Of a DNA stretch of 64,000 nt, positions 1 to 11,339 are shown in pieces. The position numbers and the translations under genes were made by a program. Position 1 is the first letter of the stretch; the number at the start of each line of letters is the position of its first letter. The DNA is taken from NCBI GenBank assembly GCA_053919585.1, contig CM132795.1. One strand, given 5' to 3'. The notes under the pieces are model-generated. The model did not search any database and had not been told where the DNA came from. It saw only the letters and a list, made by a program, of their open reading frames with translations. The stretch comes from Euprymna scolopes. Its lineage: Eukaryota.

Positions 1-793
1 TTTCTTTAAATATTAATCAGTGCCTTTTTATTTTGAACAATATACACAGTATTCTTTCTATTATAAACAATAGTAATAGAAAAAATTATGAGATTCAAAC
101 AAGGTAAACCTTTTAAATTTGAAAACAGCAATAGAATTATTGTATTAGTTATGAAATAAATATTGATTATATACTTTAAAGGAAATAAATATTGGAAAAT
201 AGGCCCGAACAATTTATTATGTTTGAAATTCGTGTACATGAAGTGATGGTGACATAAGAAAAACAATTATTTTTTGTTTTTGACCTGTTTGTGTGTCTCC
301 AAACTATAGAAAAAAAAATAAATCCACGCCCTAAAAACAAGGTAAATAGCAGGTCTAATCCGTTATAGGAGTAAAAAAAAATTGTCGCAGAGACAAAGAC
401 CGAATGTTCAAGGTTACTTGTAAAAGGAGATGCACAGGAATGAAACGCTTTAATCAATCGAGCTATAACGAATGTACGACGTTACGACACTCGAAATGAC
501 AAAATTGAATCATGTTAGCACTGAAAGGGACTCGTTCGTTTGGTAGATACCGCTGGACTGCGAACTGTAAGCAGAAGTATATCTACTGTAAAACTAAAGC
601 GACAGTTTATTTTTGTTGGTCAAGGTTTATGAAATATAATTATAAATCAAAGGACATTCTTGATACTAGTTTCAGAAACAAATGAAGAAGAAATAGTGGA
701 TATCAGCCTGTGTCGGAAACCATTATGCACGCTGTAGTAAAACAGAAAATATGCCTTACGCTATAAAGACAAAATATGTCTTGGCAGTGTAAG

Positions 794-835
<42 letters not shown>

Positions 836-844
836 CTATTTATA

Positions 845-876
<32 letters not shown>

Positions 877-2374
877 ATGACTGAGTTAGATCAAAAACCC
901 TAACTCCATATGTTCATTTATGTTTGCGCAGAGAAATTTAGCTTTAAAGAGAAAGCAAATTTTAAATCGACAAATGTATGTTCTTGTTATTCATTACCAA
1001 CTTTGTAATAATTCAGCCTCGTTTTGCAATGTATTATGCTGTTTAAGCAGGACAGAAGAAGACGTCACAAGATACGCAATGCGACCAATTTACCGAGACA
1101 AAAAATTGCTTAGCAGTCTTTAATCCTAAATCGGCAAAATGCCTTCGAAATAAAGGTGTTACTGTGCATTTAATTGTACAGCAAGCATCTTGACCACCAC
1201 CATTCACAATCGAGTATATTTTGTCTGCTCTTAAAATTTTTAAAACAAAAAAAATAATTACAATGAAAATATTTTCCAATATTTTTTTTATTTTCGGTTA
1301 AGATATTTTATTTTTACTTTTACAGTATCTGCTCTGGTATTATGATTGACATTTTTTGTTCTGTGTAAATAAAGGGGACATCTTTTAAGTTTAACGACTG
1401 AAAAAAAAAAAGCTTGCCTGTATCCCTAATGCCCTTTTTGGGGGGAAGCGTGTTTTTAACTACAAAAACATCTGAGCTTGTATCTACTTTTGCCATCGTA
1501 GAAAGGCAAGTTATCTGTCTTGGACGTGTTGGAAAACTTTTTTTCTCTTTTTAATGTTTGCTAACAACATACGCAATAAACTTCACTGAGCTGTTAACAT
1601 ATGCAGCGTTTTAAAAAAGTTGGTTCATGCTGAGAATTAAATGTAATAATAAACGTGCGAATCGTTAGTAAAAATAAGTAAAATCATCAATGTTTGCTCT
1701 TTGTTTGAATGCAGGATAGTTACTAGTCGATAACTTGTAAACTATAACAAAAATCAACAATTACCGTATACCAAATACAGTAAAATTCAAGTATCTTATA
1801 TACATGCTTAAATTGTTTTTACGTTTCTTTTATAGTATTGCCTTTAGCTGTCTTTACAACAAATATCCGGTTGATTTTCGCATAACCGTTGAGGAATTCA
1901 TTCTTTGAAAATTTTATAAATGCTATTTTGCGCCTTACCTGAATGAGTTTAGTTGATGCTTTAAAGGATTTTCAAGCGCTTTTCTTTATTTTGTAAGCTT
2001 AAATTCCAAGTTTCTGGAGGGTTAAATGTCCGCAGATATTTTAGATAAAACACGCTAACCGTTAAATAAAGAAAATTATCTGCTGTATTGCAAACGAAAT
2101 CTTAACAACCGAAATATTGCCAACATTGCATATTTAACTTTGCCGGTGTAATGTAAAATATTACCTTGTAAAAATTTCTTTTTATCTCTAAGAGAAAAAA
2201 GATTATTTTAATATTTAATTTCGTCGGTTTTCGATACACATTGGATGAATTTATGTACATAAGATATCTTAGAAAACTGTCAGACAAGTATTACCTTTGT
2301 GTGAAATTTGCAAAAAAGAGTTTCGGAAACTATGAGAAAGGAACTCACGCCCACACAGATGTTATGCAGTAGTA

Positions 2375-3660
2375 AGAGGGGCGTGCAATAAGTAATGCTC
2401 CTGACCCACTTTCAGTTGTCTGGTCTAGCTGAACTTTTGCATGTGCAATGATTTATATCTCTAGGGGATATGATTTAAATAACAGCTCTGAACTAATTGT
2501 GGTTTCTGTTTTACAGGTGTTTGAACTGAGTCAGGTGTGAAATGGAGCCTGTTGAATGTCGAGCAGTGATCCGGTTTTTGTATTTGAAAGGACGCACACC
2601 ACAGGAGACTTTTAATGAAATGAAAGAAACTTATGGTGATAATACCCCATTATATCCGCTTGTAAAACGCTGGCATCGTGAATTCAAACATGGCCGGAAC
2701 TCTGTGAAAACATCTCCTAGACCTGGTCGCCCACCTTCTGCCATTGATGAGGCATCTGTCCGTCAAGTTGAGGCTGCCATTTTGGGAAATCGGCGCATTA
2801 CTATTCGCCAAATAGCCCAAGATGTCAGGATCAGGACAGGGTCTGTGGAAACTATGATTCATGACCATTTGCATATGCATATGGTGTCTGCCGGATGGAT
2901 TTCCAGGTGGCTCACACCATTCCAGAAGCGAGAACGCGTCGAGTGCTCGAGGATGAATTTGGACATGTGCCAAGAAGATGAGTTAACGTTTTTGAAAAGA
3001 CTGATTACACAGAATGAAACCTGGGTCCATCACTATGATCCAGAGACCAAAGCCCAGTCAATGCAGTGGAAGCACTTGGACTCACCACCTCCAAAGAAGG
3101 CAAGGATGCAGCCCTCCGCTGCTAAGGTCATGCTCACAGTCTTCTGGGACCAGGACGGATAGTGATGACAGATTTCCTGGCAAAGGGTCCCACAATTACA
3201 GGAGCCTATTATTCTTTACTTTTGAGGAAATTACAGGAAGCTATCAAAATCAAGACGTGGGGCAAGATCAGCAAAGGTACCCTTCTCTTGCAAGACAACG
3301 CTCCGGTCCGCAACTCGCATGTCGCCAAATCAGAAGCATGGGCGTGTGATTATGAAATCCTACTCATTCTCCCTACTCTCCTAAACATGCTCCCTCTGAC
3401 TTTCATCTCGTTCCAGGCATGGAGTTGTTTTTGAAAGGAAGGCTTTTGCCAAATGATGCAACTTGATTTCTTTAGTCACGTGTTGTTGTCGGACCAACCT
3501 GAGGTGTTCTTCAAAAACGGTCTCCAGAGTTGCATCAAACGATGGGAGAAATGCATAACGCTGGGCGGTTCCTATCTAGAGAAAGACTAATAACTGTGGC
3601 AAGTTTCGTTGCTCTGGTATGGAAAGTGATTCAGGGGCATTACTTCTTGCACACCCCTCG
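2375..3660 (+). mobile_element. Full-length mariner DNA transposon (DD34D), copy 1, inactive
   Basis: TA at 2373-2374 and 3661-3662. ~30-40 bp TIRs (left AGAGGGGCGTGCAATAAGTAATGCTCCTGA; right, reverse-complemented, CGAGGGGTGTGCAAGAAGTAATGCCCCTGA). Length 1286 bp, typical of mariner. Internal transposase. Confidence 0.95.
2542..3590 (+). pseudogene. Mariner transposase pseudogene (frameshifted)
   Basis: ORF 2542-3162: HTH region, WISRWL (WVPxxL-like), ITQNETWVHHYDPE (first catalytic D changed to N), SAAKVMLTVFWD. Frameshift near 3160 continues in ORF 3162-3434 (LLQDNA). Degenerate YSPDL region; ends GACTAA at 3590. Confidence 0.9.
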
Positions 3661-4219
3661 TATAGATATCTTAACTAAGTATAACTAGGCGAAGATCGAA
3701 ATGATTTCAATGAAGTAAAATAAAATGCAATTATATGGTTTTACAAGTTAAAAATATGTGTATTTGGATGCGTTACTTTTTTTTTATTTTGGAATATATG
3801 TTTTGCTAATTTCTCATATTAGCGTCAAGAATAAATATCGTGTTCCTTTATGTGAGAACATAAGAAAACTTGCAAATAATTACATCATTTTTGTGAAAAG
3901 ATACAGATTTCGTCAGTTTGTTATTTACGAGACTGTTTTTTCTTATAATGCGAAGCTAAACGTACATTTCATTTCTGATTAGATACACTGATAGATAAAA
4001 TATGATTATGCATATAACCTTCGAAATTCGCATTCATACCTGTATTAGATTTGTTGTGACTAATCCAATTATGGCAATGCCAAATCGTATAAATTTGGAA
4101 CGATTCAGCATAAATCAGATGTTTCTCTTGTTTGGATCGTTTTCTCGGATATTTTCATATTTAGATTTTTCATAGAAATTCAATAGACAACGGTCGAAGG
4201 CTATTAACATCATAAGTGA

Positions 4220-4296
4220 AGGTGCTTCTGTAACTGGATTCGAACTTAGCACACTTAGATTGTAAGTCCATATCTTTTAATACTTAGCCGTAGCCA
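4220..4296 (-). repeat. Degenerate tRNA-derived SINE head
   Basis: Minus strand reads GGCTACGGCTAAGT...GGACTTACAATCTAAGTGTGCTAAGTTCGAATCCAG, with A-box-like and B-box (GTTCGAATCC) motifs at tRNA spacing. It does not fold into an intact tRNA. Confidence 0.45.
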
Positions 4297-4399
4297 GTCT
4301 TCAAAGCTTTAATAAACGAAGCATGCAATGACTCCGTCCATTTGCTTCTCGACAGTCTACATTGTTTTCAAAAATAGAGACCATCGTTCTACTTACACA

Positions 4400-5798
4400 G
4401 ACCAATTAGTCCTCTGTGCGCCATGAGTACATAACCTGAGTCGGTGATGAATAGAAAAATCGTCATCAACCTCAACAAAACTCATTTATTTAGCGACATG
4501 CACCATGGTTTTCGTTCTTAGAGATTAACAGTTCATGTGTTACATTAACGTAAAGCAGTATCAGTGAATCGTTTAAAGAGCAATATCTCTTGACATACTT
4601 AATATATTTCATAAGGTTTGTAATAAAGGTCTATTTCAGAAGATTTCCATCTACGGTGTTGCTGGAAATATCCTCTCAATTATCAAATTCTTTTTCTCCA
4701 AAACGTTTATTAAGCTGGTCGTTGATGAGAAAAATCCGAAGCTTAGAGTGTTAACGCCGGCGTACCTCAAAGATCCATCTTGGACCCAAGTCTGTTCATT
4801 ATCGTCATAAACAATATATCAAATCACATTCTGATATGTTTCCTCGACATCTATGCAGACGATAATATCATATATGGCAAAACCTCAATTGCTCGCTATG
4901 ACCGTGATCTTTCTAAATCTCTCTACTCTTACCTTGATAGTTTTTTTACAACAGGGTAAAAATGCTTAGTTACATTTATTCTTTCAGAACAAAACTTCTA
5001 TTTTTCACCTCATCATGCTCACACTTTTATATGCCCCCCTTGAAATAAACGGCTGTCATCTTAAGGAAGCTATGATAAACTTCTGCAACAATTTAATTTC
5101 TGATCTTTTATGGAATATTAACATCAGTTCTCTCGCCTGAATCATCAAAAAATAGCGGGATCATTCTACCGCGTCATAAGCTTGTTCAATATCGATGTTT
5201 TCCGGTTTCTGTACAAAAATCAAATACGACCCAGAGGGACATACAGCTGCCATCTTTTTGGAAGAGCTATTACGACTACCCTCTCTTGCCTTAACAGAAT
5301 ATAAATCGTCTTTGGACATTAGTGATAAGGGACCTATCAGTTTCTTTATTGCCTTTTTCTAAAAGTAGATATGGTGCGAGTCTATCTCTGCTCAATTGTT
5401 ATTTTCATGATAGGTGCTCGACTGTGGAAAAATTCATAGTCACCCCACGTAAAATATTTGACACAGATTCTCATTTAGCTGCACTCAAAATTTCCATTAC
5501 TCTCTATCTGCGCCTAAAAATGAACGTAAAATCCACGAGAAGAGTTTGTTTCCTAGAATCGTCAATCCGTGGAACAAAATGTTGTGGAGCTGCTTACCGG
5601 CTGACTAAAAATTTGTTGTTTTCAAATGCAATGTAAAATGTTTTTGTTGAGGCATCCTCTTAAATAACTAAGTCCTACCTAAGTTTCACCATTACTAATG
5701 ATTATTTAGCTGTCTCACAAATTACCTAATACTTATTAATCCTTATCTTTCAGAGGCCTTATGACCATAGATTAATGATGACATACACTTAAAACAAA
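4400..5798 (+). mobile_element. 5'-truncated, highly decayed CR1/Zenon-type LINE (RT 3' half plus 3' UTR)
   Basis: Remnant RT motifs: GVPQ.SILGP.LF at ~4758-4800 and DIYADD at ~4846-4863. Collinear with the LINE at 55336-59190. The 3' tail CCTTATCTTTCAGAGGCCTTATGACC...AAAA matches that element's tail. Confidence 0.8.
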
Positions 5799-7666
5799 TG
5801 ATGCTGTACACAAAAAATCACACACTAAACTAAGACGCGACGGATCAAGCGACAAGCGATTTACCATATTATTTATTTACATTCTAAAATGCATCTACAA
5901 CAAAACAAAATTCATTGATTTTTAATGCATTCATCTTCTTTATACGATTCTATATCGAAACGAGACATTTTATAGTCAATAGGTTTAGTTGTTTTGTTAG
6001 AATCGTTCCATACAAGGTACGAAACAAATTATAAGAGTTAAAGGAGAAATATTTCTTAAAGGCAAAACCTTGTCAGTAAGATATGATAAGATATATTCGA
6101 AAAGTACGAAAGTATATTATAGATATAGTTTGTACTACTTCAAATTCAAAATAAAAAAAAACCCTAATATCTAATATCTAAAACAAATACTTAATAGTAG
6201 ATAACTGTGAACCCTTATTTTGAATTAAGAATGGCTGGGATAAACAGTATGTATGCGATGCCTATGCGAAACTACTCATCTGCTCACTCTCATCTTTCAA
6301 CAATGTAAAACATCTATGCAGTGATTCGAACATAATCTGACTTTATTTATATTTTCTATATTACTAAATACTAATCGTTATTCTTTGTTCTTGATAATTT
6401 TCATGGAAAGTACTTCAATGACTCCAACTATCTTCTTCCTTATAAAGACGTGATCTAATTAGCACCACTTTAAGAACTCTTATTTCTTTATCTATCTACT
6501 TAACAACAAACGGAATTGCCGTAAACAGAATTTGTTTCCAGAAAGATTTCGTATATAGAAGATATTCCTATGGAATTATTTTCCCGTGGAAACAATTTGA
6601 CCGTAATATTATCCAGTATAGATACATCTGAGTAATAGAAATTTCATAAATAATCAAATTTCCGCTACATGAGTTGCAGTCCATTTATAATGTACTTCAT
6701 TATTCAGATGACATTCTATCCATATTGTTAACTACTATCCTCTACTAGCTTTATGTAGTTAGTAATTAGTAAAGATATATTAAGATAGCAATATACTTTC
6801 GAAAAGCGCATATTGATGCGTCCAAATTTACATGCGCCGGAGCAGCTACAGAAAACACTGAGTCACTCGGTCGTCTTGCCGCGATGAAATTAGAACTATC
6901 ATGATTTAAGCGTGTTATGCCATCTATTAATACACATGACGTAATGTCATTTGTAATTAAATTATATGAACTCGGTTTATTTAAGCTTTTGATTTTTATG
7001 TTCGTTTTCTAATTTCTGCTTAAAAGAAATAGATAAACTACAATGAGTGGCTAAAAATACAATCTCATGAAGTTTGTAACTATAGACTGATTACTTCATA
7101 TCGTTAAATGGCTTTATTTTATATAAGATTTTGTTTTCAACAACTGACTTTTAATTAAAATTTCTAATTGAAAAGCCCACCTATTCACACATGTTTTCGT
7201 AAATTTCGAATCGTTTAAAAACAAGTTTCTTTAGTTTATGTTCTCTCATCAAGCTGTGATGTCGTTTCACTTTGACAAATGATTCGTCTCTTTTGTCGTA
7301 TCTTAATTAATAATTGTTAGTAGAAAAGTAAAAAAAAAACAATCAAGTTCCCATTTTAAACCAGTGAAATTTTATATTGTGTACCAACGAATAAAAGGCA
7401 GTAAGAAATCAGTAATTCGTGGTAAACATTTGACGCGTATATTATATTTTATATTATGCATTTATGTCATTGTCAGTTGCTTTATCTTTAGTTAGATTAA
7501 TAAACATAATGAAAAAATTATAAGTATATCCTTCTGATATCTTTCTGTTATTATCCATTTTATTTTTAAAATAAATAATATCTTTTTGGGATTTTGTTAT
7601 AAAACAGCGTTATTGCATTAATTTTATTTATTGCGGACAATTATCCTAATTTTTTCTTAGTTTTTT

Positions 7667-7708
7667 CACGACGTTTCGGCCAACTATTCCTCTGGCATTC
7701 GTCAGGTA
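7667..7708 (-). ncRNA. Minimal type-I hammerhead ribozyme motif (Penelope-type)
   Basis: Minus strand: tac CTGACGA a tgcc-agaggaatagtt-ggcc GAAA CGTC gtg. CUGANGA/GAAA core intact, palindromic ACGT mini stem III, GUC cleavage triplet, one stem II mismatch. Confidence 0.65.
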
Positions 7709-7947
7709 GTAACCGCGACGGATAGAAATTTTGAATCTCCTGACTGCATTCACGGCAATTACTGCCTTCCGTTGGTCAGTTGATAGAGACGTTGAATCTC
7801 TACAGTTCCAGGTGAGAATTGTCTGAAGATATCGGATTCAATCCTACCCAAAGCCGGCCAAAGGCTTACTTAGCCAAAACATGGTGAGCTAACAACAACT
7901 ACGGAAGACAGTAATTGCAATAAATGCAGTCAGGAGATTCAGATTAC

Positions 7948-7989
7948 AACCTGACAAAGGCCAGAGGAATAGTTGTCCGAAACGTCGTG
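7948..7989 (+). ncRNA. Minimal type-I hammerhead ribozyme motif (mutated core)
   Basis: aac CTGACAA a ggcc-agaggaatagtt-gtcc GAAA CGTC gtg. Inverted partner of 7667-7708, with a G8-to-A change. Confidence 0.55.
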
Positions 7990-8910
7990 AAACAACTAAG
8001 AACATTTGAGGATAATAGTCCGTGATAAATAAACTTAATACATAATACTCATCTCAATTAAATAATATATAGCGTTATTGCAATTATATATTTTGTTTCC
8101 CGAATTCATTTTATGTAATATAGAAGTATATTATTAAATGAATAAAATGTAATTTAATATAATTTCTTTTCAGAAAATATTCACTAAGGTGTTTGAATTA
8201 TTTCCAAAGAAACAACATCTATAAAGGGAAACATAACTATGAATTCTAATGTATAAATTTTATTTAATTTGTTTGGACTAACTCCATGTAAGCTTATAGA
8301 AAACGAGTAATATAATGAAAGTATAAATACAACCGGGGAACACTGATTTTGTATGTCCAGTCGATAAAACGTATCTTCTATAGACCGTATCGTATTTATA
8401 AATGCTTCATTATTAGGAGATCAGGAAATATATGTAATAAAATCTGTATACGTAAATATATATAAAGAACCGGCACTTTACATACAGAGCACTGAACATA
8501 AACAGCTGAAATATTAGAAGACTTCAACTACTTCGAATAATAACATACCTTAGTGCTACTAAACAAGTATGGGTAGATAGATTCATATACAATAAGCTTA
8601 TGTAAGCATATCTAGAAATATAAAAAATAAAACGTTGAAAAAAAAACAAGGAAATTGAAACTAACAATGTTTATGCGAATATTTAATATCTTGTATCATC
8701 AAGTTTACGACATTTAACTCGGTAAAAACCATATGTTAAACCTGACAATTTATTAAAAGCAAGGATACCTATAGACTTTAGATGGAAAATAATTAACCCT
8801 ACTATGTGTTAAACTCCTACATAAACCTTCACGATTAATTAAATTATATAATGACTTTAACTATCATTATATTCACAGTCTATTAAAACCCACAAGTCAT
8901 TAAATTACTA

Positions 8911-9097
8911 CAGGGTGACCAAACAAAAACAAACAAAAACAGTGTTTTGTCCGAATGGCATGAAACTTGGTCATAATTAGTTTATTATATTCAAACCATC
9001 ACATCAAAACACTGGGGTCTTTGGCCTTTTTTTTCTCCGTTCTACAGCATATGTTCTCGATGGCCTCCATGTAGCTTTTGTTTTTTGGATCCCCCTG
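8911..9097. mobile_element. Tc1/mariner-type MITE
   Basis: TA|CAGGGTGACCAAACAAAAAC ... GTTTTTTGGATCCCCCTG|TA. 187 bp, TA on both sides, CAGGG termini, no ORF. Confidence 0.7.
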
Positions 9098-9145
9098 TAT
9101 ATATATATATATATATATATTATTAACACAATTAAATGATAAACT

Positions 9146-9202
<57 letters not shown>

Positions 9203-9240
9203 AACACAAATCAAATTATATACATATATATATTTTTAAC

Positions 9241-9271
<31 letters not shown>

Positions 9272-9290
9272 TATATATATATATATATAT
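9098..9290. repeat. Compound (TA)n/(CA)n microsatellite array
   Basis: Directly visible. TA runs are separated by repeated TATTAACACAA units. Confidence 0.95.
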
Positions 9291-9293
9291 TGT

Positions 9294-9373
9294 CAGAAAT
9301 GAGCTGTCTTTTCTAAGTGAGCATCGTCTGAAAACCACATTTGGCTTTTTGTTATGTCTAAGAAAGCAATAAA

Positions 9374-9430
<57 letters not shown>

Positions 9431-9512
9431 CTTTATTGCTTCCTTAGACATAACAAAAAGCCAAATGTGGTTTTTAGAAGCCGGCTCACTTAGAAAAGAC
9501 AGCTCATTTCTG
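9294..9512. repeat. Fold-back palindrome: ~80-bp inverted arms around a (TA)n core
   Basis: CAGAAATGAGCTGTCTTTTCTAAGTGAGC...GCAATAAAG (9294-9374) is the reverse complement, with a few mismatches, of CTTTATTGC...GCTCACTTAGAAAAGACAGCTCATTTCTG (9431-9512). Confidence 0.9.
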
Positions 9513-9822
9513 CAAAAGATCTAATAATTCTCTGTAGGATTCCATTCAGCGTATATTAATAAAATAGTATGTGCTTGTATTAAAGTTTAGACTTTCTAGA
9601 ACTGAACAGTATTTTAAAAAAATTGTTTTGACATACAGCATATTTAATTTCTAAAATACGAACTCTAACTAATATGTAAATTAGACATATTAGTGAAAAT
9701 ATTGTGCGATAGTAAATCAATATATACTGAAAAAAATTAATTTAAGCGTTCCACATCGGGAGGAATGGTATTTAGAAGTTATTATCCAAGCTTGTCTGAT
9801 ATAACACGACAGAGTTACTTTT

Positions 9823-9951
9823 NNNNNNNNNNNNNNNNNNNNNNNNNNNNNNNNNNNNNNNNNNNNNNNNNNNNNNNNNNNNNNNNNNNNNNNNNNNNNN
9901 NNNNNNNNNNNNNNNNNNNNNNNNNNNNNNNNNNNNNNNNNNNNNNNNNNN
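9823..9951. other. Assembly gap (others at 14143-14305, 40101-40435, 40537-40677, 50043-50183)
   Basis: Runs of N. Confidence 1.
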
Positions 9952-10035
9952 ATCAATACGAAAAATATATAAATATTTATATATTTTCTGTACTTATTTC
10001 CTCTGTGTTAACGTGTAGGAATACAAAAAGTCTTT
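9952..10035. repeat. Left arm of an ~80-bp inverted repeat pair (partner 13071-13153)
   Basis: ATCAATACGAAAAATATATAAAT...GTAGGAATAC is the reverse complement, with mismatches, of GTATTTCTAC...ATTTATATATTTTTCGTATTGAT. The outer end is hidden by the N-gap. Confidence 0.75.
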
Positions 10036-11062
10036 TGAAAAAACAAAACAAAATGTCTCTTTAAAAAAAAAACATATTTTCGACCGATCCTTCGGTCTTT
10101 CTCAGTGTAAATGATAAAACCATTAGTGATTTGCGTGCACGGTTAGCAGCAAGAGGGACACGGGTGTAGCCAATAACGTTAAGATCTATCTGAATATTTT
10201 TGACTTGGAATGTCCAGCAATTTGTGTAGCCTCTATTCAAACCCAAGTCTTTCATAAAACTTTGAATAAGGGCATCCACCTACTCCACGAACACACTCGC
10301 ATATGTAAGCATACCCGCATGTATATCCGCACACTATTACATATACTTCTACATGTACCCAGACACACACCGAATACGCACACACATACACATTTATAGA
10401 CGTACATACAACAGATGTAGAGGATAAGTGGACACCTCTCACCAAAAGCTTGGAATCATAAATTTAAGTGAAAGGAAAGGCCGCATGTCTGGATTGTCTA
10501 CACACGCACACACACACACACACACAAACACACACGCACATTTATTTATTTTTCCAACCGCTTATTATAGATTCTAGTGTCGCTCATAAACTGATATATA
10601 CACACATATCATGTTTAAAAAATAAACGAAGAATATTCTTTTTTATGTTAATTTTTATTTACTTAATTTATTTCTATTTTGTTCAAACATATTAAAATAT
10701 CAGTGTAAAGCTCTTGAATTTCGCGCTGCTGTATGTATAACGTTTCTCTGTCTAACTGTGTGCCCATATGTCTCTGCCTTGCTTTTGCCACACACATGCC
10801 CACACGTATATACGCATCTATACTCATATACACATACATACATACATGCGTACATACGAAAATTACAGATATAAGGGGAAAAGCATTGTTTTTAAATTAG
10901 AAGTCATCACAAAATCTCGAGATGCCGCTTAGAGAAATCAGGGGTTAATAATATATAATGTTGGAAATAAAACTGAAAGGTAAATATATTGTACTGCTTA
11001 AATAGGGAGTTAAAGAATTGTAACAAAAACAAAAAAAAAAACATCACAAAAACAAAAACAGC

Positions 11063-11087
11063 AATAATAATAATAATAATAATAATG

Positions 11088-11136
<49 letters not shown>
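11063..11136. repeat. (AAT)n microsatellite
   Basis: About 24 AAT units. It explains the poly-Tyr ORF 11010-11330. Confidence 0.95.
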
Positions 11137-11138
<2 letters not shown>

Positions 11139-11339
11139 TAAATCAAGTATATCTTCAGAGAGGGGTACTAGAGTAAATATGGTGTGTGAGGGGCGATGGT
11201 TAATGCACCCATGTAACACCTGTAGATTTGAATACGCGCGTATGCGTGCTTGGAAGATGGAATTAAATTTATGTTGAAAATTAAAAAAGGTGGAAACGAA
11301 AAAAGGAATAACAAAGGATTGCGAGAACAAAAACTAACT

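Larger units (their letters stand above)
7618..8070. mobile_element. Non-autonomous fold-back element with a hammerhead ribozyme motif in each inverted arm (family 1, complete copy)
   Basis: ~140-150 bp imperfect inverted arms (~7622-7772 and ~7893-8033) around a ~120 bp spacer. Flanked by a perfect 12-bp direct repeat AGCGTTATTGCA (7606-7617, 8071-8082). Related copies at 42788-43135 and 43237-43455. Confidence 0.8.

Noticed and set aside
6820-6950. CpG-richer patch with TGAGTCA (AP-1) and TGACGTAA (CRE-like) sites
   Set aside because: Short motifs are expected by chance in 64 kb, and there is no supporting gene context.
11010-11330. Poly-Tyr ORF and the many (YI)n, (HT)n, (CV)n and X-containing ORFs in the track
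   Set aside because: Translations of microsatellites and N-gaps.
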